Of a DNA stretch of 64,000 nt, positions 20,367 to 29,472 are shown one piece after another. The position numbers were made by a program, and so were the translations under genes. The notes under the pieces were generated by a model, which made no database searches, was not told where the DNA came from, and saw nothing but the letters and a program-made list of their open reading frames with translations. Position 1 is the first letter of the stretch. Every line of letters starts with the position of its first letter. Origin of the DNA: Pseudomonadota bacterium (GTDB lineage Bacteria > Desulfobacterota > Desulfobacteria > Desulfobacterales > RPRI01); NCBI GenBank assembly GCA_043825875.1, contig JBDRRF010000083.1, positions 74,032-138,031 of the forward strand, given 5' to 3'.

Positions 20367-20882
20367 TCATTCACCCTTCCAAGGCCTTTCAGATCGCTTT
20401 TCCCGCTGGTCAACTGTACGAGCCATTTGAAAAAGCAGATCAGAAAGCCTATTTAAAAATGGAATGATATTTTCATTTTCAACCTTTAAAGCTCCAACAC
20501 GACGCTCGGCTGTTCGCACCAAAGCTCTGGCAAATTGAATATGCGCTGAAAGCAACCCTGAACCGGATAAGATAAAATTACTTATAGGGCCAAGATCAGC
20601 TTCAAGTTTTTTTATCATTTCTTCTATAGCGTAAACCCTTGGTTTTTCAAATCCAACATGAGCATTTCCCAAAACGGAATTAATCCGGCACAAATTGCGC
20701 TGAATATTGTCGATTATGATTTTGAGGTCTTCATCTTTAAGTTGTGCATAAATAAGTCCAAGAAATGAATTTGTTTCATCTATTGTTCCAATGGCTTCAA
20801 CACAAATATCATCCTTGCTGAGTTTTTTACCATCGGCAAGTAGTGTGCCTCCGCTATCAGTATAAAGATCATAAATTTTCAT
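20367..20882 (-). CDS. PduO-type cob(I)alamin adenosyltransferase
   Basis: KIY..TDSGGT, EAIGTIDETNS, ARALVRTAERR, FLNRLSDLLF. Confidence 0.88.
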   Translation of the reverse strand: MKIYDLYTDSGGTLLADGKKLSKDDICVEAIGTIDETNSFLGLIYAQLKDEDLKIIIDNIQRNLCRINSVLGNAHVGFEKPRVYAIEEMIKKLEADLGPISNFILSGSGLLSAHIQFARALVRTAERRVGALKVENENIIPFLNRLSDLLFQMARTVDQREKRSERPWKGE

Positions 20883-21162
20883 AGGGACTCCTTTTTTATT
20901 TTATATTAAAACACATTATTAAATTTTTGCAAACTGTCCATAGATAAAGTTCATAGTAACAAAATCGCTTAACACAGGATATGGGATAATCCATAGAAGA
21001 AAAAATTAATTACGGTTTATAAATTTTATAATATTAATGAACGAATTATTTTCAAATAAAAAAGGGATGTCTAAGAAACTTGTTTCGCTTTCCGATGCGA
21101 CCTGATAAATATTAGTCCATGATCTTTCCTGCTACCTGGGGCAAAACAAGATAATGACATAA

Positions 21163-21323
21163 GAACCAATTTAATAACATCCTGTTTGGACAGATGTGTT
21201 AGGCTCATATTTTGCAATTAGTAAAACATATCGCTACCCTAAAAATACTCTATTCATCACTGCGGTTAAATTTCGAGCCCAACGCTTAAGATCGGCCAAA
21301 ATGTGGCGTTTTGAAACTTGCTC
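21163..21323. repeat. hairpin repeat family A, hybrid/decayed copy
   Basis: 21275-21323 is the reverse complement of the family left arm (47/49 to 28545-28593); 21163-21270 is a decayed + strand copy. Confidence 0.75.
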
Positions 21324-21355
21324 AAATGATTAAATAATATCTTGGAGAAAAGTGA

Positions 21356-23650
21356 ATGAAAAACAGGCTATACAATTTATTAGTTTTTCTATTTTTGCTG
21401 ATTTTATTGTTTCTGACGGCCACAAGTTTTGCAGTCGACCTCCTTCCGCCTTCCGATTTTCCTCTCCTGGATGCTGTTAAAAAGGACGATACTCAAAAGG
21501 TAAAGTCCATGCTGGAAGAATCAGGTTCAAGTTTGAGTAAATATGAAATCAATCAAAAAGGCATAAACGGGGATACACCTTTATTGGTTGCTGCCAAATA
21601 TGGAAATCTTGAAATTGTCAGGTTGTTGATCGGTCACGGCGCAATAGTTGATGCCGGCAAGGAAACCGGCGACAGAACGGCATTGATAGCTGCATCAGAA
21701 CAGGGCCATTCTGAAGTAGTACAATATCTTATAGAAAAAGGTGCTGATGTAAATGTGAAAGTAAAAGGGCTCACTCCATTACTTGCAGCAAGCAGCGGAT
21801 GGCATATTCCGTTTGGTTCCCCCGGGAATAAAGCAAAAACTATCAGTATCCTTTTAGATAACGGGGCAGATGTTAATGTACAGGATGAATCATGGCTGAA
21901 AACCGGCAGGACTCCTTTGATGTTTGCTGTGATGCAAGGAGATGCCCAATCGGTGCAAGCTTTTCTGGCGAAAGGCGCAATGCTGGATTTAAAAAACCAG
22001 GACGGAGAGACAGCGCTTTCCTTAGCAAAAAAAGATGGGCTGGAATATATTACGCAATTGCTGGAAAAAGCAAAAAGCGGTGAAAAAGCATCATCTCAGC
22101 AACCGGATCTTTCAATTCATCCTTTATTTACCGCAATTAAGGAAAATCATCCGGATCAGGTCAAAGCTTTGATATCAAAAGGTGCGGATGTGAATATAAG
22201 AGCAAAAAGCGGCAGTACGCCATTAATGATTGCAGCCTATAGTAATTCACTGGAGATTGTAAAGTATTTGCTCGAAAATGGAGCTGATATCAATGCCAAA
22301 GACGGAACCAATAACACGGCATTAATCTATGCCTGCACAAAGGGATATATTGATATTGTTAATGAACTTTTAAGCAAGAAAGCCGATATTAATGTAAAAA
22401 ACATAAATAAGGGTGATGCTCTGATTTATGCAGTGCTTAGTAAAAACGAGAATGTCGTCAACGCATTGTTGAAAAACGGTGCAAGAGTTAACGATAAATA
22501 CGATGATGGAAAAACGGCTTTGTTTATAGCAGTTAATGATGGCAGTTATGATATCGCAAAACTGCTTATAGCCTATAAAGCAGATGTCAATGCCGCAGAT
22601 AATGATGAGATGACGGCATTGTTAATTGTCTGTGAAAAAGGCAATGCGGATATGGTTGAAGAACTTCTAAAAGCAGGGGCCGACATCAATAAAAAAGCAA
22701 AGGACGGAGATACGGCTTTAATCAAGGCAATCTCTGCAAATAATGTTGATATCGTAAAAATATTAGTGAAAAACAGCGGGAATTTCAATAAGCAGGAGGC
22801 TCTGCTTTCGGCTGTAATTGCAGGCAATCTTGAAATCGTAAAACTTCTTTTTTCAAAAGATACGGATATTAATATGGGCGGCTTTGCCGGAGAAAGTCTT
22901 TTAATGCTTGCTGTAGATAAAGATTTTGAAATAGTGAAATTTCTGGTTGCAAGAGGCGCGGACGTCAACAAAAAAGATGATGAAGGAGAAACCGCTTTGA
23001 TGACGGCGGTGCAGTCTTTTAATGAAACCAATATTTCTTCCATAAAGTATCTGATTGAAGGCGGAGCTGACCTCAATGCTGCAAACAACAAGGGCGAGAC
23101 GGCTCTTATACTTGCTGCAAAAAGAGGCAATGCGGAAATTATAAAAGTACTGATCGAAAAGGGAAGTGAGGTATCAATACAGGATAAAAAGGGGAAGTCA
23201 GCCTGGAGCTATGCGGTTGAAAGCACAAACAGTGATATGGTTAACCTTCTGGAAAAAGCCGGCACTGCGAAAGAATATAAAGGCATGGAATGGGAAGGAT
23301 ATATGTCCAACCAGGCATCCGAATTTATCAATATAGTGGAAACTCAACAGGAATGGACTGAGCTTTGGAAACGTGCCTTTGATAAAACAGCGCCTGATAT
23401 GAATTTTGAAAAATATGCTGTGGCCTGCGTTTTTCTCGGATATTCCGCAGACTGGCTTTATGACATAGGCTTTGAGCAGGCCTTTGTGCGCGATAATCAG
23501 TTAGTGATCACATACGGGCTTTATGAAGTGATGCTAAGACTGTCAGGGCCTTTTAAAGCAAGTGGACAATATCATATGAAGGTTTTTGAAAAAAAGAAAG
23601 ACGTAAAAATGATTCTGGAAAAGGCTTCCCAGCCTTTCGGGATAAGATAA
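21356..23650 (+). CDS. exported ankyrin-repeat protein with distinct C-terminal (PrcB_C-like) domain
   Basis: Signal peptide; more than 15 G.TPL/TAL..A...GADVN repeats; tail EWTELWKRAF..APDMNFEKYAVACVFLG. Confidence 0.88.
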   Translation: MKNRLYNLLVFLFLLILLFLTATSFAVDLLPPSDFPLLDAVKKDDTQKVKSMLEESGSSLSKYEINQKGINGDTPLLVAAKYGNLEIVRLLIGHGAIVDAGKETGDRTALIAASEQGHSEVVQYLIEKGADVNVKVKGLTPLLAASSGWHIPFGSPGNKAKTISILLDNGADVNVQDESWLKTGRTPLMFAVMQGDAQSVQAFLAKGAMLDLKNQDGETALSLAKKDGLEYITQLLEKAKSGEKASSQQPDLSIHPLFTAIKENHPDQVKALISKGADVNIRAKSGSTPLMIAAYSNSLEIVKYLLENGADINAKDGTNNTALIYACTKGYIDIVNELLSKKADINVKNINKGDALIYAVLSKNENVVNALLKNGARVNDKYDDGKTALFIAVNDGSYDIAKLLIAYKADVNAADNDEMTALLIVCEKGNADMVEELLKAGADINKKAKDGDTALIKAISANNVDIVKILVKNSGNFNKQEALLSAVIAGNLEIVKLLFSKDTDINMGGFAGESLLMLAVDKDFEIVKFLVARGADVNKKDDEGETALMTAVQSFNETNISSIKYLIEGGADLNAANNKGETALILAAKRGNAEIIKVLIEKGSEVSIQDKKGKSAWSYAVESTNSDMVNLLEKAGTAKEYKGMEWEGYMSNQASEFINIVETQQEWTELWKRAFDKTAPDMNFEKYAVACVFLGYSADWLYDIGFEQAFVRDNQLVITYGLYEVMLRLSGPFKASGQYHMKVFEKKKDVKMILEKASQPFGIR

Positions 23651-23655
23651 ACAAT

Positions 23656-24210
23656 ATGCAGGAAATCGCTTATACCGGCTTTGGAAGAAATACTCTTGTC
23701 ACAGGACTGCTCAGCCATTTTGCAACTTTACTTGTAGCGATGATGACGGTCTCCGGTGCGGATCTTTTTTTCAGCATAACCTTTCCTTTCTCCTGTTTTG
23801 CCTTAGCTGTTGCTGCATATGTTGAATTGAAACACAGAGGCTGCCATCCTTTGAGCAGCCTGCGATTTTATATTATCTTGGCAATGACTGTTATTCCATT
23901 GCTCGGGCCTCTGATTATATTGGGGCTGCTTTACAGCCTGAAGAAAAGCGGGCAGGAAACACGTACCGGCTTATCCGGACTTTTTTCTGCACTGTTAAGA
24001 TTAAAGGCAAACTTGCTGGTTCTTTTTGTGTTGATCCTCTTTCTTTTTCTTTTATTTGCTGTTATTCACAGCCGGCATGATCCTTACTTTAAAAGGCGGA
24101 CTTTAAGCAGTATGTCGCCGGATTTAATTTCAGATGCTAATAAAAAAGTTTATAAAAAAATCAAAAGCGTCGAATATATAACGATAGCACCAAAAAGAGA
24201 AATGGCCTGA
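23656..24210 (+). CDS. hypothetical membrane protein
   Basis: About 4 TM segments; starts 5 bp after ankyrin gene. Confidence 0.65.
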   Translation: MQEIAYTGFGRNTLVTGLLSHFATLLVAMMTVSGADLFFSITFPFSCFALAVAAYVELKHRGCHPLSSLRFYIILAMTVIPLLGPLIILGLLYSLKKSGQETRTGLSGLFSALLRLKANLLVLFVLILFLFLLFAVIHSRHDPYFKRRTLSSMSPDLISDANKKVYKKIKSVEYITIAPKREMA

Positions 24211-24326
24211 AACACTGCATTTTTAAACATGATAACCGGAATATTATAGATATTAAAAAGGTTCTGCGGATTAATAAAAAATACTTTAAAGTTGGCGTTT
24301 GGTAAATTGAAATAGCAGGAGAGTGT

Positions 24327-27300
24327 ATGTTCAGTTTTAAAAAATTATTTTGTTTTTTAGCGGTCTTATTTGGGATTATGACCATTCTGTCCGGCAGTTT
24401 TGCTTTAGTTATTGCTGCCGATAAACCTGAGATTTTTGTACAGTTGGGGCATACATCATCAGTAAACGCGATTGAAATATCACCTGATAACAAATACATC
24501 CTTTCAGGCGGCGATGACAATAGAATAAAACTTTGGGAAAATGAGACAGGAAGGCTGATAAGAACTTTCAATGACAAAGAAGATATAAAATTTGTTTCTT
24601 TTCTGCCGGGAGGAAAATCTTTTTTTTCGCTAAACGATAGAGGTAATATCTGTATCTGGGATATCAGTACCGGCGATAAAATCAAAGAATATTCTTTAAG
24701 CAATATAAGCTATTCCAGTTTGAGATCTGTTGTTTCATATGATGGTACTACGCTGCGGGTAATCGTCGGTCTTAAAATTTTTGTCACCGATATATTGTCC
24801 GGTACCATTGAAAAATCAATAGAATCGCCTAAATCAAAGCCGGTAAGCGCTCACTTGAGCTTCGCATTCGGATCCCGCAATGCCATGACAGCCGATGGCC
24901 TACGGATGATTTCATCGGTACGTCAAAATCCGTCGGAAAATGTGATGTCGGCCAAAGATAAAAAACTGATTTTCTGGGATATCACATCGGGCAATATTAT
25001 TTCTACTCTTTCCGGTCATGAGGATTATATTGACACTGTTATATTGTCTCCGGATGACAGGTTCGCTCTATCCGGCAGCCGCGATAATACCGTCAGATTG
25101 TGGGATTTAAAAAAAGGAAAAGAGGTTGCCAAATTCAGCGGACATCAAAAACCTATTGAAGCCATAGCCTTTTCTCCTGACCAGAAATATATTCTTTCCG
25201 GAAGCGATGATAACACCATGAAGCTTTGGGACATTGAAGATGAAAAAGAAATCAGGAGTTTTACCCATGATTGCCCCGTTACTTTCGTCCGGTTTTCCCC
25301 GGATGGTTTGTTCGCTTATTCCGGAGACGATAATGGCGCTATACGGGTATGGGATATAAAAACCGGCCGGGAAGTAAAAGCTCTTAAAAGCCATGCTGCC
25401 AGAACATACGCTATTGCTTTATCCGCAGACGGAAACCAAGTACTGACAGGCTCCAGTGAAGGGCAGATAGGGCTTTGGAATTTAACATCGGGAAAATTGC
25501 TAAAAACGATTTCTGCTCATCATGAAGCTGTTTCCGCTATTAATTTTACACCGGATGGCAAATACGCTCTTTCTGCAAGTTATGATAAAACTTTAAAATT
25601 ATGGGATTTAAACGATGGGAAACTTCAGAAAACATTTTCCGGGCATCCCGGCCAGGTTTATAAGGCTGTAATTTCTGCTGATGGTTTACATGCCTTAAGC
25701 TCAGCGCAGGACGGTGATATGCGGCTATGGGATATGAAATCAGGTATAGAAATCAAAGCATTTAAATTTCCGGGTTCGATTCAATCTATCGGCTTTACTC
25801 CGGATAGCAGGCATTTTATAATCGCGCATTACTGCAAAAATTCAGGCGATGCAGTTAAGGTTATGGCTTTAGACGGAAATGAAATTAAGAATTATGAGGA
25901 TGTATATCTGAGCAGGTATACAAATGATGGAAGATATTTTCTGGCCACTAGATATAAAGAACCTACCGACAAAGAGCAGAAACTTTTTGATCCCGAAACC
26001 AAACAAAAAACAACTAATTCCCGCATGGACAGGTTTAATATTAAAACACTGGTTGATATTTCCGATGGCAAGATTCTGGGTCATTTCGGCCAAAGCGGCG
26101 CTTTTGTTTATGTATCCACATCCTCTAGAAATGAACTTATTTTGACAAAGAATTATTATGATAAGGATATTTGTCTTTGGGATGTCCGTACAGGTAAAGA
26201 GATACACCGTTTTCCCGTGAAATTCGGATTGCTTTCTCACGATGGGAATAAGGTCATATCCCCGGTCGGCAATACTTTGAAATCCTTTGATACAATCACC
26301 GGACGCATCCTGCCCCCTTTTACCGGCAGTGCGGCCACCGATATCTGCTCTTTGGCGCTTTCGGCCAAAGGCGGTTATGCCATCACAGGCGATACGTCAG
26401 GAGCCATCCAGTTCTGGGATGTTGCTGCCGGCAAATTAATAAAAACTATATTTGAAACTCCAACCAAAGATATTTTTTACGATAAGTCGGCGATCAGTGC
26501 GGTAACCTTTTCTCCCGACAATAAATATGCCGCTTCAGCGTCAATTTTTGGCACAGTCAAAATCTGGGATTTGAGTGAAGGCAATAAAATTTCTGAATTT
26601 AAAATGGATCCTGTTTCCGTCCACTACGACGATTTTCAGTCAGGCAATTATATCGATTATGGGAATGGCATTCTGGCTTTTTCGCCCGACAGCCGTTATA
26701 TTGCTTCCGGCAGCAAGCTTTGGGAAGTTACCTCAGGGAAAAAGAGACTTGATTTTCAAACGCCTTTTGGCCCCGGTCCCTGGGTTGCTTTTACACAGGA
26801 CGGTAATTATTTGCTTTCTAGAAATATGATTTGGGATGTTTATTCAGGCCGGCGCATAAAAACACTCGAAAGCCTGAATGGAACACGATCTGTATATTCT
26901 TCCGATGGCAAAGCCATCTATGCCACAGATTCTGAAGGATCGCTCTATGTGGTCGACCCGGATACAGGCAAGCTTGTCCGCAGGTTTGCTAACTTTATTT
27001 CTACAGCGCGTCCTTTTGAAGTATCCCCGGACAAGAAAATGCTTATTGCCACAGAAAATGATAACGAAACTTTGGATATATGGGATTTAACATCTGGCAA
27101 AAAAAACGCTGCGATTGAGATTAACCAGGGCATCTCAAGCGTATTGCTAAGCTCTGATGGGAGAAAAGCTGTCCTGAATAACAGTGTTTCAGTAATGCAA
27201 TTAAATCCTTCTACCGGCAAGGAAATGGCAAAATTTATCAGTTTTACCGACGGTGAATGGATAGTCATCACACCGGAAGGTTATTACAATGCTTCTGCTA

Positions 27301-28523
27301 ATGGTGACAAATATCTCAATGTGCGTGTCGGCAACAATGTATATGGCATTGAAAACTATCGGGAAGTATTTTTTCGCCCTGATCTGGTCAAGATCGCACT
27401 GTCCGGCGGTTCTCTTAAAGACTTTAGAAACATTGCCGATATAAAACAGCCGCCAAGTGTTAATATCGTGGATACGCCACTAAGTGTAAACACCGACAAT
27501 GTTAAGCTTAAATTACGACTGACGGATAATGCAGGCGGTATAGGCGATATCCGCCTGTATCTTAACGGAACTGCCGTTGTCATGGACAGCCGCGCGGTCA
27601 GTATTATAGAAAAGGATACGAAAGAGCTTTTCAAAGAATATACCTTAAAGCTTACAGCAGGCAGAAATATCATAAAGGCTGTTGCCTTCAACGGTGACAA
27701 CAGTATGCAAAGCAATGAGGCAACGATAGAAGTGGCAGCTTCTTTTACTGCTGCGCAAAAACCTTCGCTTTATGCGCTTGTGATCGGTATTAATGAATTT
27801 AAAAACCCGAAGCTTAAGCTTAATTATCCTGTGGCGGATGCTGAGCTTTTTGCGGAAACACTTGAAAAAGTGTCTACAGGGCTTTTCGATAAGATCGATA
27901 TAAGAAAGCTTACCACAAAAGAAGCAACTACAAACCTTGAGATTATCAAAGAGATCAAATCCTTCAAGTCTTTGCAGCCGGATGATCTATTTGTTTTTTA
28001 CATAGCCAGCCACGGCACTGTCGATGAAGGGGAATATTTTCTTATAACTTCAAATGTAGGATCATTAAGGACAGAAAAGCTGAAGACCGACGCCATTTCC
28101 CAGAATATGCTCAAAGAAACTATAGCAAATATTCCTGCAACCAAGAAACTTATCATTATAGATACCTGCAACGCGGGTGCGCTGGGCGAGGCCATCCAGG
28201 TTGCAATGCTTACGCGTGGAATGAGCGAGGACACAGCGCTTAAGATATTGAGCCGGGCGGTGGGCTCGACCATTCTTTCCGCATCCACATCAGTGCAGGA
28301 AGCGCTTGAAGGCTATAACGGACACGGTCTTTTCACCTATGTTATTGTTGAAGGGTTAAAAGGCAAGGCGGATAAAGGTAAAACCGGATTCATAAAAACC
28401 ACCGAGCTTGCAGATTATGTGGATAATGAAGTGCCTGTGCTGGCTGAGAAAGTATTCAAACGGGCACAATATCCGACGATCTCCATCAGCGGACAGGCAT
28501 TTCCCATAGGATTAGTAAAATAA
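24327..28523 (+). CDS. exported WD40-repeat protein with C-terminal caspase-like (peptidase C14) domain
   Basis: Signal peptide; many GH...FSPD..LSGS.D.T.KLWD repeats; LYALVIGIN, ASHG and DTCNAG catalytic dyad, HGLFT, QYP. Confidence 0.92.
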   Translation: MFSFKKLFCFLAVLFGIMTILSGSFALVIAADKPEIFVQLGHTSSVNAIEISPDNKYILSGGDDNRIKLWENETGRLIRTFNDKEDIKFVSFLPGGKSFFSLNDRGNICIWDISTGDKIKEYSLSNISYSSLRSVVSYDGTTLRVIVGLKIFVTDILSGTIEKSIESPKSKPVSAHLSFAFGSRNAMTADGLRMISSVRQNPSENVMSAKDKKLIFWDITSGNIISTLSGHEDYIDTVILSPDDRFALSGSRDNTVRLWDLKKGKEVAKFSGHQKPIEAIAFSPDQKYILSGSDDNTMKLWDIEDEKEIRSFTHDCPVTFVRFSPDGLFAYSGDDNGAIRVWDIKTGREVKALKSHAARTYAIALSADGNQVLTGSSEGQIGLWNLTSGKLLKTISAHHEAVSAINFTPDGKYALSASYDKTLKLWDLNDGKLQKTFSGHPGQVYKAVISADGLHALSSAQDGDMRLWDMKSGIEIKAFKFPGSIQSIGFTPDSRHFIIAHYCKNSGDAVKVMALDGNEIKNYEDVYLSRYTNDGRYFLATRYKEPTDKEQKLFDPETKQKTTNSRMDRFNIKTLVDISDGKILGHFGQSGAFVYVSTSSRNELILTKNYYDKDICLWDVRTGKEIHRFPVKFGLLSHDGNKVISPVGNTLKSFDTITGRILPPFTGSAATDICSLALSAKGGYAITGDTSGAIQFWDVAAGKLIKTIFETPTKDIFYDKSAISAVTFSPDNKYAASASIFGTVKIWDLSEGNKISEFKMDPVSVHYDDFQSGNYIDYGNGILAFSPDSRYIASGSKLWEVTSGKKRLDFQTPFGPGPWVAFTQDGNYLLSRNMIWDVYSGRRIKTLESLNGTRSVYSSDGKAIYATDSEGSLYVVDPDTGKLVRRFANFISTARPFEVSPDKKMLIATENDNETLDIWDLTSGKKNAAIEINQGISSVLLSSDGRKAVLNNSVSVMQLNPSTGKEMAKFISFTDGEWIVITPEGYYNASANGDKYLNVRVGNNVYGIENYREVFFRPDLVKIALSGGSLKDFRNIADIKQPPSVNIVDTPLSVNTDNVKLKLRLTDNAGGIGDIRLYLNGTAVVMDSRAVSIIEKDTKELFKEYTLKLTAGRNIIKAVAFNGDNSMQSNEATIEVAASFTAAQKPSLYALVIGINEFKNPKLKLNYPVADAELFAETLEKVSTGLFDKIDIRKLTTKEATTNLEIIKEIKSFKSLQPDDLFVFYIASHGTVDEGEYFLITSNVGSLRTEKLKTDAISQNMLKETIANIPATKKLIIIDTCNAGALGEAIQVAMLTRGMSEDTALKILSRAVGSTILSASTSVQEALEGYNGHGLFTYVIVEGLKGKADKGKTGFIKTTELADYVDNEVPVLAEKVFKRAQYPTISISGQAFPIGLVK

Positions 28524-28544
28524 AGATCTTATCGGCAATTATGA

Positions 28545-28687
28545 GAGCCAGTTTCAAAACGCCCCATTTTGGCCGATCTTAAGCGTTGGGCTCAAATTTC
28601 AATCCTCGAAATACTCTATGTATTCCTGTGGTTGAAATTTTCGTCCGCCTTGAGCTTGACCAAACTGAAACGTTTTGAAAGTGGCTC
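28545..28687 (+). repeat. hairpin repeat family A (MITE/REPIN-like)
   Basis: Terminal IR GAGCCAGTTTCAAAACG / CGTTTTGAAAGTGGCTC; copies at 50962 and 59122. Confidence 0.9.
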
Positions 28688-29000
28688 ATGATTTATTTGA
28701 ATCATTCTCCCATATGGGGATTTTAATTTCATTAATATGTTCCCATCCGGACGCAAAGAATATTTTTGCCCACCATAGAGTTCTGTATTTCTTTGCTGAT
28801 GCAATGGCTTGGTTCCATTTTGTTACTTGTGCTATAACTTCATGGGACTGCTTGTTGCCAACCCTTTGGATATCGTTTTTCAATTGTTCTATTGAGGCTA
28901 ATTGCCCCGGAAATTTCAATCGCACAGATAGAATAGTTACAAGAACAACAAAGGTAATGAACCCGATTATTGTTAGCACTATAATTATTGCGATATCCAT
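28686..29000 (-). CDS. hypothetical small membrane protein
   Basis: ATG 29000 behind AAGGAAG; N-terminal TM helix. Confidence 0.6.
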   Translation of the reverse strand: MDIAIIIVLTIIGFITFVVLVTILSVRLKFPGQLASIEQLKNDIQRVGNKQSHEVIAQVTKWNQAIASAKKYRTLWWAKIFFASGWEHINEIKIPIWENDSNKS

Positions 29001-29369
29001 AGTTTCTTCCTTATTTAATAATTTGTCAGATAACACAGCGTCATAACTATACCTATATTATGTCAAGAAGATGACACTTTTTAACACCCAAAAACAGAAA
29101 AAATGATTTTGAATAATGAAATGGGTAAATATTTTTAAATTATTGCCGATATTTCTATAATAAATTACTGACAACCTATTAGCATGGTATTTATTACCAA
29201 TAATGATCTAAGAGTTTTATCTTACTAAATAAAAAACCAATAACAACAAAAATCAGCTTTGAGTGAAATTTTAAGTCTTATTTTAACTATCTAATTAATT
29301 GATAATATATAATTCCAGCTTTTCTGGATAAAATCTATTGGCTAAAGAAATTTTACATATATTTTAATA

Positions 29370-29385
29370 TGGTTCGTTTTTTGCA
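29370..29385 (+). promoter_or_regulatory. putative sigma54 -24/-12 promoter
   Basis: TGGTTCGTTTTTTGCA (GG-N10-GC) about 90 bp upstream of 29473. Confidence 0.55.
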
Positions 29386-29472
29386 ATTATTATACGATCA
29401 AGAAGCATTGATAACCCTTATTAAAACCCTATTTCATATATTTGTTTTATAGTTTAATTTTAGGAGGAACAA

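Noticed and set aside
20883..21160. Cobalamin riboswitch upstream of the PduO-type gene
   Set aside because: No B12-box or recognisable conserved core
29038..29070. dif/attC-like sequence upstream of the 28686..29000 gene
   Set aside because: Only a XerD-like arm (TTATGTCAAG); no matching second arm or attC fold
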